A DNA stretch of 64,000 nucleotides from Carcharhinus amblyrhynchos (taxonomy: Eukaryota). The number at the start of each line of letters is the position of its first letter. The first letter of the stretch is position 1. The notes beneath the pieces are model-generated. The model was not told the DNA's origin and ran no database searches. It saw only the letters and a list, made by a program, of their open reading frames with translations. Location of the stretch: the NCBI GenBank assembly GCA_965287045.1, contig OZ336884.1, forward strand, positions 16,306,001 to 16,370,000, given 5' to 3'. The translations under genes were made by a program, and so were the position numbers. Below, in pieces: positions 23,109 to 37,193 of the stretch.

Positions 23109-26100
23109 GCAGCGACAGATCAGCCATGATCTTATTGAATGGCGGGGCAGGCTCGAAGGGCTGGATGGCCTACTCCTGCTCCTATTTCTTATGTTCTTAT
23201 GTTCTTAACAAATACATCTATAGAATGGGAATAGAGGGATATGGTCCCTGGAAGAGTGGGGGTTTGGCAGAGTTAGGCACCATGGTTGGTGCAGGCTTGG
23301 AGAGCTGAAGCACCTGTTCTGGTGCTGTAATTTTCTTACATTAATGTCTGTCTCTAGACAAGATAAGTGTTGTAGCAATGTTGGTTTCCCAAGCTCTGAT
23401 CATATGGCATCAATATCAAAGCATGTATCTGTGCAGCAAACAGTGATAGTCTCTGAGCTGTTGTGTTGCCCAGCATCTGATCCAGTTTAAGGGTACACTA
23501 ACAATGTGAAGTACTAGGCTACCTGCTAAACAACCAAAAGCAGCCCTTGTATGACCCATTGTGTGTATATCCCTTGTTGGACAAGTTGGAAGATGGAGAT
23601 GTTGGGGTGAGGGAATTTAAAAAATGACCAAAAGGTTGCACTTTTAATTGCATAAGTGAGATTTAAGTATTGGTGATAGATCAATAGAAAAATAATTTGA
23701 TTCTTTTGCTACAGAAAACCAGCTTCTGAGGTTGATGCCAAAATTTCAAACTGAACAAGCTAACTTTTTTTGGAGACACAGCAAGACTGGGCATACCAAG
23801 TGAATGAACTACCTGCAATATGGGCAAAATTAAATGTGACAAATACAAGATTTGCCTGTTTTGGTAAAACCTATGTATTGTTAAATCAAAATTTAAACAG
23901 AAAAAGTACAGTATACGTATGCAGCCTTCATATCAACACCAGTCTGCTTCAGAATTCTCTTAAAGCACTCCCTGCATATACTTGAATAAAGGTGATCCTA
24001 ATCTATTGAGTCTCATGTGATTAGTGTAAGAAATCAGTGCTAACAGAACATGTGGTCTACTTGAAGATTCTATCAGACTTCCTTAATGATACCTATACTT
24101 TGGTCATATGTTTCCTTTGAACTTTCCCTTGTCGAATGAACATGAAATACTTTTCTTTCAGTGATCTAGACTTGTAGGAGTGCTACCTCAGTGCTTACCC
24201 TTCACCCTATCAACCTCTCGTGACTTGCTAGTCAATAATACACTGTCAATCCTGTGCACATGGTCCTGACATCCCTGCTTGGTAACTGAAGAGGTAGCAT
24301 CTTTTCACCTGATCTGATAGATTCCATCCACTTGTTGAGCAGCGATTCTAAGCTTTAAACATTCATTGATCCGTGATGGGTCAGAGGTTGGAGGCCAGTG
24401 GCTGATCAGTGGAACATGATGGTCCCTTCTAATTGTTGGAGATAGCACCTGTGCTCTGCATCAATCAAGTTGGTTTACTGTTCTTAACAACACAGGCGAG
24501 AGCAGTTATTGCTTTCCACTACAGAGCAGATACTCCAGATTCACTTACAACTTGCACCATTGGCTAGCAGTAAAGTGAGAATACACCGGTTGAAAGCTAA
24601 TTCTCTTCATGTACTAGATAAATTTCATCATTCTGTTGGGAGAAGAACAAAGTAGCCTAAATATCAGTTAACTTATCACAGCTGCCTGAAATGTGTATGC
24701 ACACTATTTCAGCAATTTAAAATTTTATTCTCTTAAATGTGAACCTCTGTTTTAGAAATCCACAGTGTTATACTTTTGAAATTTCTAGATATATTGCAGT
24801 ATATCCACACTCTGACTTTTAAACTAATAATGTGAACTGTGTTGCATTTAAGCTGTTTGGGAGGATTTAATGAACAAATCCTTTTTGCGTTCTACAAATC
24901 AGAAGGATACTGAAGAAAATATGGTGCAAGCAGGTATACTTTTTTTGGTCAGGCTTTTGATCACATTTTCTCCCTCACACAATTGAACTCTAAGCATTGC
25001 AGCAAACTACATTCCTATTTGCTAATTTGTAATCGGAGATGCAATTGCAATAGTAGCCACATCTGCTCCCAGAGAGAAACATGTTCTCAGCAGGTGCATG
25101 CTCTATTTGCATGTGTCAGATGGCTCTTCATCCTTTCTGCGATTAGGATTTAAAAATCCAAATGCAGCATAGAATTTAATGGAATGAAAAGAGAAAATGC
25201 TGAAAATACACAGCAGGGTTAGACAGCATCTGTGAAAAGGAATTAAATGGATTGTTTTAATTCCAGAAATTTTTTTAGACTTAAAATCTAATCAATGTTT
25301 TAAACTCTGCTTTTAAGAAACCTAACATAGTCATTGTTTTGTGCATTAGTCCAGATTTAAGCACTGCCTGTTCACAGGCATCCCACCCATCAAACCTTGA
25401 ATATCTTGTTTCTTAATGAATACTGTTCTAAGACCTTTAGATTGTGTATTTACTTCTAGTTTGCAAAATGGTCAAGATTTCATATTTTAGTTAATGTTTT
25501 CTGAAGCAGTTGTGGCTTTGAAATTCTTTCCTACAATGCAACCTTTATTAATCCAATGAGACAAACTAGTTCTTGCAATGTATTGGCTGCTGCTACTATT
25601 TGATTGCAATGCAGCATTTGTAACATGCATAATTGGAATATCTAGTGAATTTCACTAGGGCTTTGTAAATTTACAACTATACACACTGAAATGCATGCTT
25701 GGTTGAAATAGAACAGTGAAATTGACCAAGAGCGCAGCGCGTGTTGCAAATCAATAATTGCATGTGTTTGAGCTCAGCCAGGCCAGATGGCTTTTTTATT
25801 TTTAAATTATAAATGGTGCATTTGCAAGGAAATGCTATTGTTTTACAACCAACGGTTAGAACATGGAGATGGTGTGGACAGTTGGGATAGAAATTAACTG
25901 CCTGAAAGGAGATTGTCTAATTTGAGTATTTGCTCTGAGCTGACTGCGTAAAGCTTTGCATTTAACACCAGATGTCGGTTTAGCAGAAACTCTGGTGATT
26001 CACGAGCTTCCCTTGACCTCTGGCAGATGTGCTCCTACCACCCCTTTCACCAGTCTACTAGGGATCAGCTGCATTGTCATTTGATCGCTCCTGGTCTCAG

Positions 26101-28325
26101 GTGGCGATGTGCAAATGTGTTGAAGCAGATGCATCGTTCATCATTTGGATAATGGATTTCCCATCCTGAAGGTATCTTCCAACAAAAAAACCATTAATTC
26201 AAGCCCCAGAACTTAGAATGATGTAAAATGAGGCTTTAGAGATGGAATTTGATTTTGGAGCACTGCCTAAATCATGGTTATGATAAGTTAATTAAGTGGA
26301 ACAAATGCAAATTGATCACTTTGCATGCTCCTTCCTAGTGGACGTGATGCCCTGATTAGTATTGGTGCAGCACTCATTCTGTAATGTTAATGGCAACTAT
26401 TCTACAATCTCGAAAGGACAATTTTTGGGCCTGATTCGGTGCTGTGAAGAGGGCTCAATAAATGGGATGTTTAATACAGGGTAAAGGACTTCCACTTCAA
26501 AATGGATCAAGTAATTCAGGTTTTTACAGCTTACTAACAACTTGTTATGTGTGAAATGGGGATCACTTTTTTCACTCCAGTAAAATGCTATGGGAATCTA
26601 ACATAGGCAAGTACTTTTTTTTCAAGCAAAACTTTAGATTAATCAAGTGGATTAATACAAATTATAAATTTGTCCAATAAATTAACTCATTCCTGCTGCT
26701 TCCCAACCGCATCACTAGGACCATCTGATACCTGTTTCCTCTATTGCACTGTCACTGTTCTGCCATGAAGTGTCCACCATTAGCACCCTTCTTAGCCATG
26801 ATCACCACCATTTCAGTCCTTTGTCTTCTTGTCTGATTATTGTTGTCACTCTTTCCCCCGGCCCTCTATCCAGCCCCTACTGCTATATGCTGCTCGCTCC
26901 CAAAACAGTTTGCATTTCTTCCTATTTTGAGTTCTCCATCTCTTACAAAGAGTGGCCCAGACTCTCAAAAGGGTGAGAATCTCTGAAGAAAATGGTTGAA
27001 TTTGCATAAAAACTGGAGTAAATCCCACTGTTTCTTCAACAGTGAATCTCGTGAAAGATCGGTAGGTGGGGTTTATTCACACTGGCAAGGCTGGCAGTGT
27101 AACAGTGGGCCATTATGCATGAGCTGATCTGTCAGAGCAGAGACAGGCACATTCAGTAGCCCACACTGCCAGTCACATGGACATCCTCGAGCCAGTCCCA
27201 CAACACCCCTACCCCCAAATCACTGACCTCAACCTAATTACAGTCCCAGGCCTGATAATGATATGGTGATTCAAATATAAATTATACAACTCTGTGCCAA
27301 TTTCTGGTGCAGAGCTGACAGTGCTGGGAATCTGCCGGAGACTTGTGCAGGCCATGGGCCCAGCGGGGAGTGTGCTAGATGGCCTCTGGGTCTGCTGGCC
27401 CTGCTGCACTACTTTTAGCGCTGCAGCAGACTGGGAGAACCATCCCCAAAGTGTTTCTACTAGTCTCTCTTCAGATGCTATCAGACCTGAAATTTTCCAG
27501 GATCTTTTTTGTTTTGGATTTCTGCATCCACAGTAGTTTTTAATTTGTCCAGTAATTTAACTTATTTTAATTCAATAAAAAAGATGTGACCCCCACCGCA
27601 CCCCCCGCCCCCCCCTTGAACCTAATGATTTGTGTCTGACTTTCAGCTTCATTCCACTTCCCATCTGCTCCCTATGTCTCGGTTTCCTGAGATTAAGCAA
27701 GACTATTTGCCAGCAAGATATTGATTTGGGATCTGTCCTTGTGCAGGTGGGCATTTGAGCACTGAAAATCAAATAGCAACTGAAACCAGTCCATAATTAT
27801 GGATGTAAATCAAGATTGTCGGATGCTCAGAATTGATCAATTCTGAGATTAACATAATTTTTTTTGCACTAGGCTACCACACAACCAGTAGGTGGCAATG
27901 CTGCACCACACTGTTCTCATTGGAATGCAAGTCTTCAGCTCAACCATAGATTATTAAAATATTCTATTTCCACGATATTGGGAACTGAAACACAACACTT
28001 CCAAACTATCCTATAATTATTTGGAGAGATTCTTTAAATGAATTTTGCTATTGAACTCCCTTGCTTGAGTATCTGTGTGCTTAGCTGTTATCTGCATCTC
28101 AGAATAAATTGATAAATTTCATCAACCTTGATTTCTGTACAGAGCTATTTTTCTCTAAGTGTTACAAGCCTTCTGTCTAATTAATCCCAATATGTTTTTC
28201 ATACTTTGCTGTAAGTCACTGTTTACTATCTCATGGTAGCCATTAATGTACTTTTTTTTGCATAACCCAGGTACTATCTAAAATACATTCTATTTACTTT
28301 AACTGCATTCAGTTAATTTTCGAAT

Positions 28326-28889
28326 CAGCTGGAGTACTGTGTGCAGTTTTGGGCGCCGCACCTGCGCAAAGATATTTTGGCCTTGGAGGGAGTGCAGAGG
28401 AGGTTTACTAGGCTGATACCGGAGTTGAGGGGGTTGAGCTATGAGGAGAGGCTGAATAAACTGGGCTTGTACTCGTTAGAGTTTAGAAGAATGAGGGGAG
28501 ATCTCATTGAGACGTATAAGATGATGAATGGGATGGACAGGATAGAGGTGGAAAGACTCTTCCCGCTCAAAAAAGACAGTAGGACTAGGGGGCACAGCCT
28601 CAAGATAAAAGGGGGGCGGTTTAGAACGGAGTTGAGGAGGAACTTCTTCAATCAAAGGGTGGTGAATCCCTGGAATTCTCTGCCCGTTGAAGTGGTGGAG
28701 GCTGCCTCGCTAAATATATTTAAGACACGGGTTGATGGGTTTTTGATAGGAGAGGGGATTAAGGGTTATGGGGAGAGGGCGGGAAAGTGGAACTGAGCAG
28801 CGACAGATCAGCCATGATCTTATTGAATGGCGGGGCAGGCTCGAAGGGCTGGATGGCCTACTCCTGCTCCTATTTCTTATGTTCTTATG
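28326..28889 (+). mobile_element. Young CR1 family A, 5'-truncated copy
   Basis: Near-identical to 22638-23200. GAATC flanks both sides. Confidence 0.92.
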
Positions 28890-29178
28890 AATCTCTACAG
28901 GGCAACAGAGGCCATTTGGCCCATCAAGTCTGCACTGACAACAATCCCACCCAGGCCCTATCCCCACTCATTTATCCTGCTAGTCCCCCTGACATTAAGG
29001 GGCAATTTGGCATGATCAATCCACCTAACCTGCACATCTTTTGGATTGTGGGAGGAAACAAGAGCACCCGGAGGAAACCCACACAGACACAAGAACGTGC
29101 AAACTCTACATGGATTGACCTGGAATTGAATCTGGGCCTCTGGCACTGAGGCAGCAGTGCTAACCATTGTGCCGTCCC
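28890..29178 (-). mobile_element. HE1/V-SINE-like tRNA-derived SINE (CR1-type tail)
   Basis: Reverse complement of the GGCACAATGGTTAGCACTGCTGCCTCA head and the TTCCTCCCACAATCCAAAAGATGTGCAGGTTAGG core. Confidence 0.8.
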
Positions 29179-29662
29179 AATTATTGTAGGAGAGAGTTGA
29201 TTGTATTTTTAAGCTTATTCCAATATTCTGAAGGATGTAATCTTTTGGTATTTGTGCACATCTGACATTCTAGTTCCTAATATTTAGAAATGGCATTGTA
29301 CCCTGCAAATGCTGTGAGATGTGATCAAACAAGATAGAAGTGAAAGTAAATATGACTTGAGCAGTTTCCAGGCTGAAACAAATGCCTTTGTTTTTAGGTT
29401 GAAGCATGTCATTTAATCTGTAAACTGTAGTTAAAATTTAAATGCATTAACAATTTAATAGACTTTTTTTTTACAACTAGGTAACTTATAGATTTTTGCA
29501 GTGTAGAAGACATCCACTCAGCCCATGTCCACATTGGTCAACAAAAATCTGATTACACTAATCCCATTTTCCAGTGCTTGGTCCATAACATTTTGGACAA
29601 ATGCTTGAATCTGTGGTGTTGATCAATAATGGCTACTGTTTGAATTTGGATGAAATAATAAA

Positions 29663-29945
29663 GGGTGGCACAGTGGTTAGCACTGCTGCCTCACAGCGCC
29701 AGGGGCCCAGGTTCAATTCCTGGCCTTGGGTGACTGGAATGTGCAAATGGCACTTTGTTTAGTGTGGGTTTTCTCAGTGCTCTGGTTTCGTCACACAGTC
29801 CAAAGATGTGTAGGTTGGGTGGATTGGCTGTGGTAAATGCATGGGGATTGGGGAGGAGGGGGTAGAGGACAGGGCCTGGGTGGGATGCTCTTTTGGAGAG
29901 TTGATGCAGAATCAATAGGCATGATGGCCTCCTCCACACTGGGTT
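29663..29945 (+). mobile_element. HE1/V-SINE-like SINE
   Basis: A box TGGCACAGTGGTTAG, B box GGTTCAATTCC, shared core. Confidence 0.8.
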
Positions 29946-30099
29946 TTATCAAATGATGGCTTTCAGTTGTTTTGTGGAAGTTGAAATGCTCAGATCTGTT
30001 TTTAAAAACAACTCATAACATTCTCACGAGCTCTTGCAGAGAAGGCATCAGTTGCAGACCTTCAAGGAAGCCTATGTTGCTTTCAGAATCTTTTGCATA

Positions 30100-30330
30100 G
30101 GCCTAACATTCTGCTTTTTAATCAGTGGCACCCTCTCTCCATTCATTGTCTGTACCTTTTTAAGACTTGGTTACCTGTAAATTCCAACCATTATCTTGTA
30201 AATTGAGTTTGTCTGTATAAGCCTGGTTTGTGAACACAACTCCCACTCAACTGAAGAACTCGTGCTCCAAGCTTGTACTAAACCTGTTGGACTTTAACCT
30301 GATGTTGTGAGACTTCTTACTGTACTACAC
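30100..30330 (+). mobile_element. Possible Penelope-like element terminal fragment
   Basis: Contains AAACCTGTTGGACTTTAACCTGATGTTGTGAGACTTCTTAC, recalled as a common elasmobranch repeat end. Class assignment is by recall only. Confidence 0.35.
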
Positions 30331-30796
30331 CTAATGCCCCATTCTGTTTGGATGGACATAGTCCTGGCAAGGCCTTGCTTTGGAAGAATAACTAACTAAC
30401 TTCTGATGAAACCTGAGCCTTTTCTGAATTGCTTCTGTGATATCTTTTTTGAGTTTGACTGAATTACCTAGTTCCCTATGAACAAGGGCATTTGCCCTTA
30501 ACCAAAGAGGTTGAAATAGTAGGTGAAAGGCTGCAAGGTCTGTCCCAAGAATGCAATGTGCTAACCTTGACAGTGGATCCTTGGGAAAAGACCTTAACAA
30601 TAAATATTAATAAATATGCATTCTAATTAAACTAATCAATGCTAACTGCTTCTGTGATTTCTTCCCCCTCCCCAGGAGAAATAGGATGAGATTTTAAGGC
30701 TCTGGCTACTTATCTATAGTCTCACCTATGTACTGCCCTTCAGAGGGATTACCTTTCAATGCTGAAGGCATTTTTTTTTAATTCAAGAACTTGAGA

Positions 30797-32360
30797 GCAT
30801 CCGAGGGTTCTGAAAGAAATGGCGAAGGTGATAGTGGATGCCTTGGTGGTTATTTTCCAAACATCGCTGGATTCCGGGGATGTGCCGGAAGATTGGAAAA
30901 CGGCTAATGTTACGCCATTGTTTAAGAAGGGTGGCAGGCAAAAGGCAGGGAATTATAGGCCGGTTGGTTTAACGTCTGTTGTAGGTAAAATGTTAGAATC
31001 CGTCATCAAGGAGGAAATAACGAGGCATCTTGAGGGGAATTGCTTGATAGAGCAGACGCAGCACAGTTTCATTAAAGGGAAGTCGTGTCTGACAAATTTA
31101 CTGGAGTTCTATGAGGATGTGTCTAGGGCGGTGGATAGAGGAGAGCTGGTGGATGTGGTCTTTCTTGATTTTCAGAAGGCGTTCGACAAGGTACCTCACA
31201 AGAGGTTATTGCAGAAGGTCAGGGGACATGGAGTTGGGGGTAGGGTGTTAGCGTGGATAGAGGATTGGTTGTCAAATAGGAGGCAGAGAGTGGGGGTCAA
31301 TGGGTGTTATTTGGATTGGCGGATGGTGACTAGTGGAGTGCCCCAGGGGTTGGTGCTGGGGCCTTAGCTATTTACCATTTATATAGATGATCTGGAGGAG
31401 GGAACCGAGTGTGTGGTGTCGAAATTTGCTGATGACACCAAGATTGGGGGAACGGCAAATTGCGCGGAGGGTGTGGAGAGTCTACAGAAGGATCTAGATA
31501 GGCTGGGCGAATGGGCCAGGAACTGGCAAATGGAATTTAATGTTGGCAAGTGCGAGGTGGTCCACTTTGGTAGGAATAATGGTAGGAAGGATTATTACTT
31601 ACGTGGCGAAAAACTGCAGCAGGCGACGGTGCAGAGGGACCTCAGGGTCCTTGTGCATGAGTCGCAAAAACCCAGCCTGCAGGTACAGCAGGTGGTCAGG
31701 AAGGCTAATGGGATGCTGGCCTTCATAGCGAGGGGGATTGAATATAAAAGTAGGGAGGTCTTGCTGCGGCTGTATAGGGCATTGGTGAGGCCGCAGCTGG
31801 AGTACTGTGTGCAGTTTTGGTCGCCGTACTTACGCAAGGATATTTTGGCCTTGGAGGGAGTGCAGAGGAGGTTTACTAGGCTGATGCCGGAGTTGAAGGG
31901 GTTGAGCTATGAGGAGAGGCTGAATAAACTAGGCTTGTACTCGTTAGAGTTTAGAAGAATGAGGGGAGATCTCATTGAGACATATAAGATGATGAATGGG
32001 ATGGATAGGATAGAGGTGGAGAGACTCTTCCCGCTCAGAAAGGACAGTAGGACTTGGGGGCACAGCCTCAAGATAAAGGGGGGGCGGTTTAGAACGGAGT
32101 TGAGGAAGAACTTCTTCACTCAAAGGGTGGTGAATCTCTGGAATTCTCTGCCCGTTGAAGTGGTGGAGGCTGCCTCGCTAAATATTTTTAAGACGCGGGT
32201 TGATGGGTTTTTGATAAGAGAGGGAATTAAGGGTTATGGGGAGAGGGCGGGAATGTGGAACTGAGTCACGACAGATCAGCCATGATCTTATTGAATGGCA
32301 GGGCAGGCTCGAAGGGCTAGATGGCCTACTCCTGCTCCTATTTCTTATGTTCTTATGTTC
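30797..32360 (+). mobile_element. Young CR1 family A, 5'-truncated; RT with one premature stop
   Basis: ORFs 30819-31367 and 31413-32264 are the same frame, broken only by CAG>TAG at 31365. (TATGTTCT)n tail. Confidence 0.93.
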
Positions 32361-32580
32361 TCTCTTCTAACTGAACTGCCAGCAGCTACTGCTGCAGTCC
32401 TGGGGGTTGTGGGGGGGAGCTCCTATTGCTCTGAGAGCCTACCTACCCTCTGGCCACTAATTGGCCAATTTGAGATGGGGGGAGGAGAAAAGAAAATCAC
32501 TGGGTGACTATTGGTCGTGCAGTTTTGAGTTCCATTTGATCCTGATTGAAAAGTCAAAATACTGCACCCTGATCCACTGA

Positions 32581-32917
32581 CCATAGAATAGAACCCCTAC
32601 AGTGCAGAAGGAGGCCATTTGGCCCATTTGAGTCTGCATCCACGACAATCCCACTCAGGCCGTATCCCTACAATGCCACATATTTACCCCATTAATTCTT
32701 CTAACATATGCATTCCAGGACACCTAAGGAGTAATTTAGCCAATCAACCTTTCCCACCATTTGGATTGTGGGAGAAAACCAGAGCACCCAAACAAAACCC
32801 ACACTGACACAGGGAGAATGTGCGCAGAGTTTGCACACAATGACCCAAGCTAGGAATTGAACTCAGATCCCTGGAGCTGTGAGGCAGCAGTGCTCTCCAC
32901 TGTGTCTCTGTGCTACC
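32581..32917 (-). mobile_element. HE1/V-SINE-like SINE (CR1-type tail)
   Basis: CATAGAA..CCCTACAGTGCAGAAGGAGGCCATTTGGCCC tail, core and tRNA head on the minus strand. Confidence 0.8.
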
Positions 32918-33969
32918 TTTGCACTCATATATTCCTCCCCAGATCAGGTTTACTACTGCTCTGCACAATGAGATTTTCCATGGTCTGCATTATATAGGCC
33001 TTTATTCAAATCCTTATCAGATTTCCATCTTTCTCCATTACAAGCTGACCCTGTATACTTAATGTGCTTAGGTTTCGAGTGGGATTCACAGAAGTGAGCC
33101 AACACGCTCTCCTAGGCTGCCAACTGATAAACTTGTGAATAAGCTGGATGAGGTAACTATGCAGTGACTCGCGAGCTCCTCTAATTGCCAAGAAGAGCTT
33201 AATGGTTTCTGAGAATTGTAGAACTGGGAGATACTGAAGTTCAATCTCTGGAGGAAGAAAGTACGCGTAGGCAGTCAAAGGAAGAATGTATTTGGGATGC
33301 AAACTCATCAGGGTCTGTTGTACTAATTGTAGAAAGTTACTGAAGCAAATTTTATGGTTATGGTTTGTGATTTTTGTAGCTTCTGGAGTGGCAGATCAGG
33401 AACAATACGGATGGTAGAGTTTCATTTGTAGGTTGAGGAGCAACTGAATTTGAATTCTGAGTGACTAACAGAAAGTGGCTAATTTGGAGCACAGATTTGT
33501 TTCACAACTGTTAATTTTATTGCTTCCAGACTGTCGTGACCACTGTGGGCTCGAGTTTAAGTGAATTTTTATTGTAAAGATTTTTTTTCAAAAAAGGCCC
33601 TTTCTTGGCAAGCATGTTCTTTTTTAAGTGACACATTATAATGGAGGAAGCAGCATTGGGAACAAGACAGTTACTCAGCAAATACTTGTTTGAAATGAGT
33701 ATTACACAATGTGCTGGTTTCAGAGCAAGACGACCTTAGTTCCCTTATGCAGGGCACTGGAGCATTTGGGGTGGGGAGGAGGATGGTAGGGATTTGCAAT
33801 CTCCAAATTTTCTGTGCCCCTTGCATGTTAGTGCATTATAATTCGAATACCGTGAATTTGGTAACATATCAAGGAGATAGTAGCAGTGCTGGTTCCTAAA
33901 TGGTACATCACTTGCTGCAACAAACAATTTTGCCCTGAATTTGAGGGGTTTGCTGTGTGTATTCAGTTG

Positions 33970-34233
33970 AAGTTTATTTATTTGTCACAAGTAAAGCTTA
34001 CATTAACACTGTAATGAAGTTATTGTGAAATTTCCCTTGTCGCCACACTCCGGCAACTCTTCAGATCAATGCACCTAACCAGCACGTCTTTCAGATTGTG
34101 GGAGGAAACCGGAGCACCTAGAGGAAACCCACGCAGACACAGGGAGAACAAGCTGAGTCCACAAAGACCGAAGCTGGGAATCGAACCCGGGTCCCTGGCG
34201 CTGAGGCAGCAGTGCTTGCCACTGTGCTGCTCC
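33970..34233 (-). mobile_element. V-SINE with Rex-like tail
   Basis: Same head and core as HE1, but the tail is AAGTTTATTTATTTGTCACAAGTAAAGCTTACATTAACACTG on the + strand. Confidence 0.75.
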
Positions 34234-35853
34234 ACTGCAATCTGAATTGCATTTTGCGTGCCTACTGCCTAAATTTAGTTCGGTTTGTTAATAAACCCAA
34301 TAGATGTCTAATTAAACCTTTCGTCCTTCAGCGTTATTGGCCTGCTACGGAGAATGGGCCCTATCCCATTTATTGCTATATCAAATTCCAATTTGATAAA
34401 GAGAATATTCACAGGATTTGACTATTTTGAATGCATGAGATTTCCTGTTATATGAAGCTGAAATGAATGTCTTATTGGATGCTGATGGAGAAGGATGCTT
34501 CCGGTCATTAGGAACATATTGTTCTTGATAACCATGCATGTTCAAGTTTTATTGCCAAATGTAATGATTCACAGTGGAAAAGACAAGTAAAAAATTGAGA
34601 TATCGAATGGATACTATTGGTTTTTCTCCCATTTTGTTTGTGTTCTGCTCCCATAGCTGCTCTGTGTTATTGGCCTCCCCCAGAGGTCATTCAGTTCTGC
34701 GGCCAAATTTTTGTTGCAAAGAGGCTTCCACTCTATAGCTGAAATATTATCAACCGAGTACCAGCTGTACCCTCTTGTCAATCATTAAAAGCTCAACATT
34801 TTTGTAATTCTGAATGATAACAGCAAATAAGTTTCACACTTCTTTACAATTTTCTGTCAGCTCCTTGTGATGTCAGATCTAACATCTGCCATTGCCTCTG
34901 TACTGTTGTTTTGTGTCGTTATTTAACACGAAATGTTGGGAGGACATATAATCGTTTTTTTTTTCTTTTGGTCATCTTTCTTATTTCTCTTCAACCATCC
35001 CCTTTTAAAATTTTGTGACGGCTGAAAGTTAATTTGTTATTTCCTAAAGCTTGTATTGACCTCTGTTTCCAGATTTTTTGTTTTAAACGCAGGTTTTTAA
35101 ACATTTCCTACTTATGAAGGAAATATGGTGGAATGGAGTTTGAAAGCATAAACTTGAGCTGTTCTAATCATTGGCGTGAAATACGATTAACACTGGGATG
35201 GAGAGAATGAATTGAGCCTGTTCAGACTCTTTGTTTCAGATGAGGGGCTCAAATCCATTTGCAACTGCAGTGAACTTAAATGTGAATATCATCATAAGTC
35301 GTATCGAGGGGTGACAAACTAAACCAACAGAAAATTTAGACCTTCAGCCATATTAGTCTTGCACTAATTTCCTCGGTAAACCTCCTCCCAAGATGATAAC
35401 AGTCAAATCGTGCCAGGTGGAGAAGCTTTAGTTGGGGGGGCGGGGGGTGGGAGAGAAGGAGTGTCGTCACCTTTCAACCAAGTTTCAGTCCAAATCATAA
35501 CGTTAATATCATTGAACCACATTTAGCTTGTGGATTATAAAGGCTTTGTTTGTGAGTGAATGAACGTTCCAGAAGTGTAGCAGTGAGACCTGATTATAGT
35601 GGCAGAATCTATGGGGAGGAAATTGGTAGATGACCCCAAAGCAGTAAAGCTGGGTGAGAAGGAGGATAGTAGGGTGGAGCGGTGTGGTTACTGCTCATAA
35701 GGCAACAGTGAATACCTTGATTGATTCTTCAGATTCTGCCAAAAGAGGATTGCAATAACCTTATCTAGGAGGGAAATGAGCAGAGATTTCAGACAGGGAG
35801 ACACTTGATGATGAATTGGTATTAAGACAATTCATTAAACAGATGCTATGCTG

Positions 35854-36114
35854 ATAAGAACATAAGAACATAAGGAATAGGAGCAGGAGTAGGCCATCTA
35901 ACCCCTCGAGCCTGCCCCGCCATTCAATAAGATCATGGCTGATCTGAAGTGGATCAGTTCCACTTTCACACTTTCTTCCCATAACCCTTAATTCCCTTGT
36001 CTGTCAAAAACCTATCTACCCGTGACTTAAATATATTCAGCGAGGTAGCCTCCACCACTTCAACGGGCAGAGAATTCCAGAGATTCATCACCCTTTGAGT
36101 GAAGAAGTTCCTCC
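35854..36114 (-). mobile_element. CR1 family A (or close subfamily) short 3' copy
   Basis: (AGAACATA)n tail plus the reverse complement of the ORF2 end and 3'UTR. Confidence 0.85.
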
Positions 36115-37193
36115 AATCAAGATCAAGAGAAGGTAGTCAATACTCTAAGTCAGGTAGTTCTTGCTTTCCGCTGACTCATGCGATTTTTTTTCACCTTCTT
36201 TCTCTCGCTTGCGATCATGAGCCCTGAACCATAGTTGTGACCCAAACATAAACAACCCATCCATACATGTTAACTCAGGCATTTGCAGGCATTACCCATG
36301 CATCAACAGTTAACCCTCTGTCAACCAAGATGTTTAAAGTGCACTCAGATCTTGCACGGAGCAGTTGGCAGAAGTATTCATAAACATCTTCAACCTCTCT
36401 TTACAACCTTCTGAGGTCCCTTCAAGAAGACGACCATCATCTTGATACCTAAGAAAAACCAAGAAGCATCCCTTAATAACTGGCTTTGACATCCATCATT
36501 ATGAGGTACTTCAAAAGGTTGGTCATGGCACGAATCAATTCCAGCATCCCGGACTACCTGGATCCACTACAGTTTGCCTACTGCCGCAACTGGTCCACAG
36601 CAGACACCATCTCCCTGGCCCTGTACTCAACCCTGGAACACCTAGATAACACCTATGTCAGACTCCTAATTATTGACTACAGCTGAGCCTTCAACACCAT
36701 TATTCCTACAAAGCTCATCTCCAAAACCCGTGGCCTGGGCCTTGGTACCTGTCTCTGTGACTGGATCCTGAATTTCCTAACTCTCAGATCATAATCAGTA
36801 AGGATAGGCAACTACACCTCCATGATCATCCTCAACATCGGTGCCCCACGAGACTATGTTCTCAGCCCCCTACTATACTCCTTATACACCTATGACTCTG
36901 CAGCCAAATTCCCCTCCAATTAGATTTTCAAGTTTGTTGATGACACCACAATAGTGGGTCGGATCTCAAACAATAATGAGACAGAGTACAGGAATGAAAT
37001 AGAAAATCTGGTGAACTGGTGTGGGAATAATAGTCTCTCCCTCAATGTCAACAAAATGAAGGAGATTGTTATCAACTTCAGGAAGCGTAAAGGAGAACAT
37101 GCCCTGTCTACATCAATGGGGATGAAGTAGAAAGGGTCAAGGGCTTCAAGTTTTTAGGTGTCCAGATCACCAACAACTTGTCTTGGTCCCCAC

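Larger units (their letters stand above)
19911..23206 (+). mobile_element. Young CR1 LINE family A, 5'-truncated in ORF1, with complete ORF2 and (TATGTTCT)n tail
   Basis: ORF1 C-terminus, ORF2, 3'UTR and 8-mer tail. TCTTAA flanks both ends (19905-19910 and 23203-23208). Confidence 0.95.

Noticed and set aside
23185-23208. Short tandem repeats (TATGTTCT)n and (TATGTTC)n
   Set aside because: These are CR1 3' tails, not CRISPR or satellite arrays; no spacers.
25480-26160. Repeat-free stretch that might be a conserved non-coding element
   Set aside because: No alignment evidence available, and composition alone is not enough.
29663-29730. tRNA-like A/B box sequences in SINE heads
   Set aside because: They are SINE promoters with no full cloverleaf, so not called as tRNA genes.
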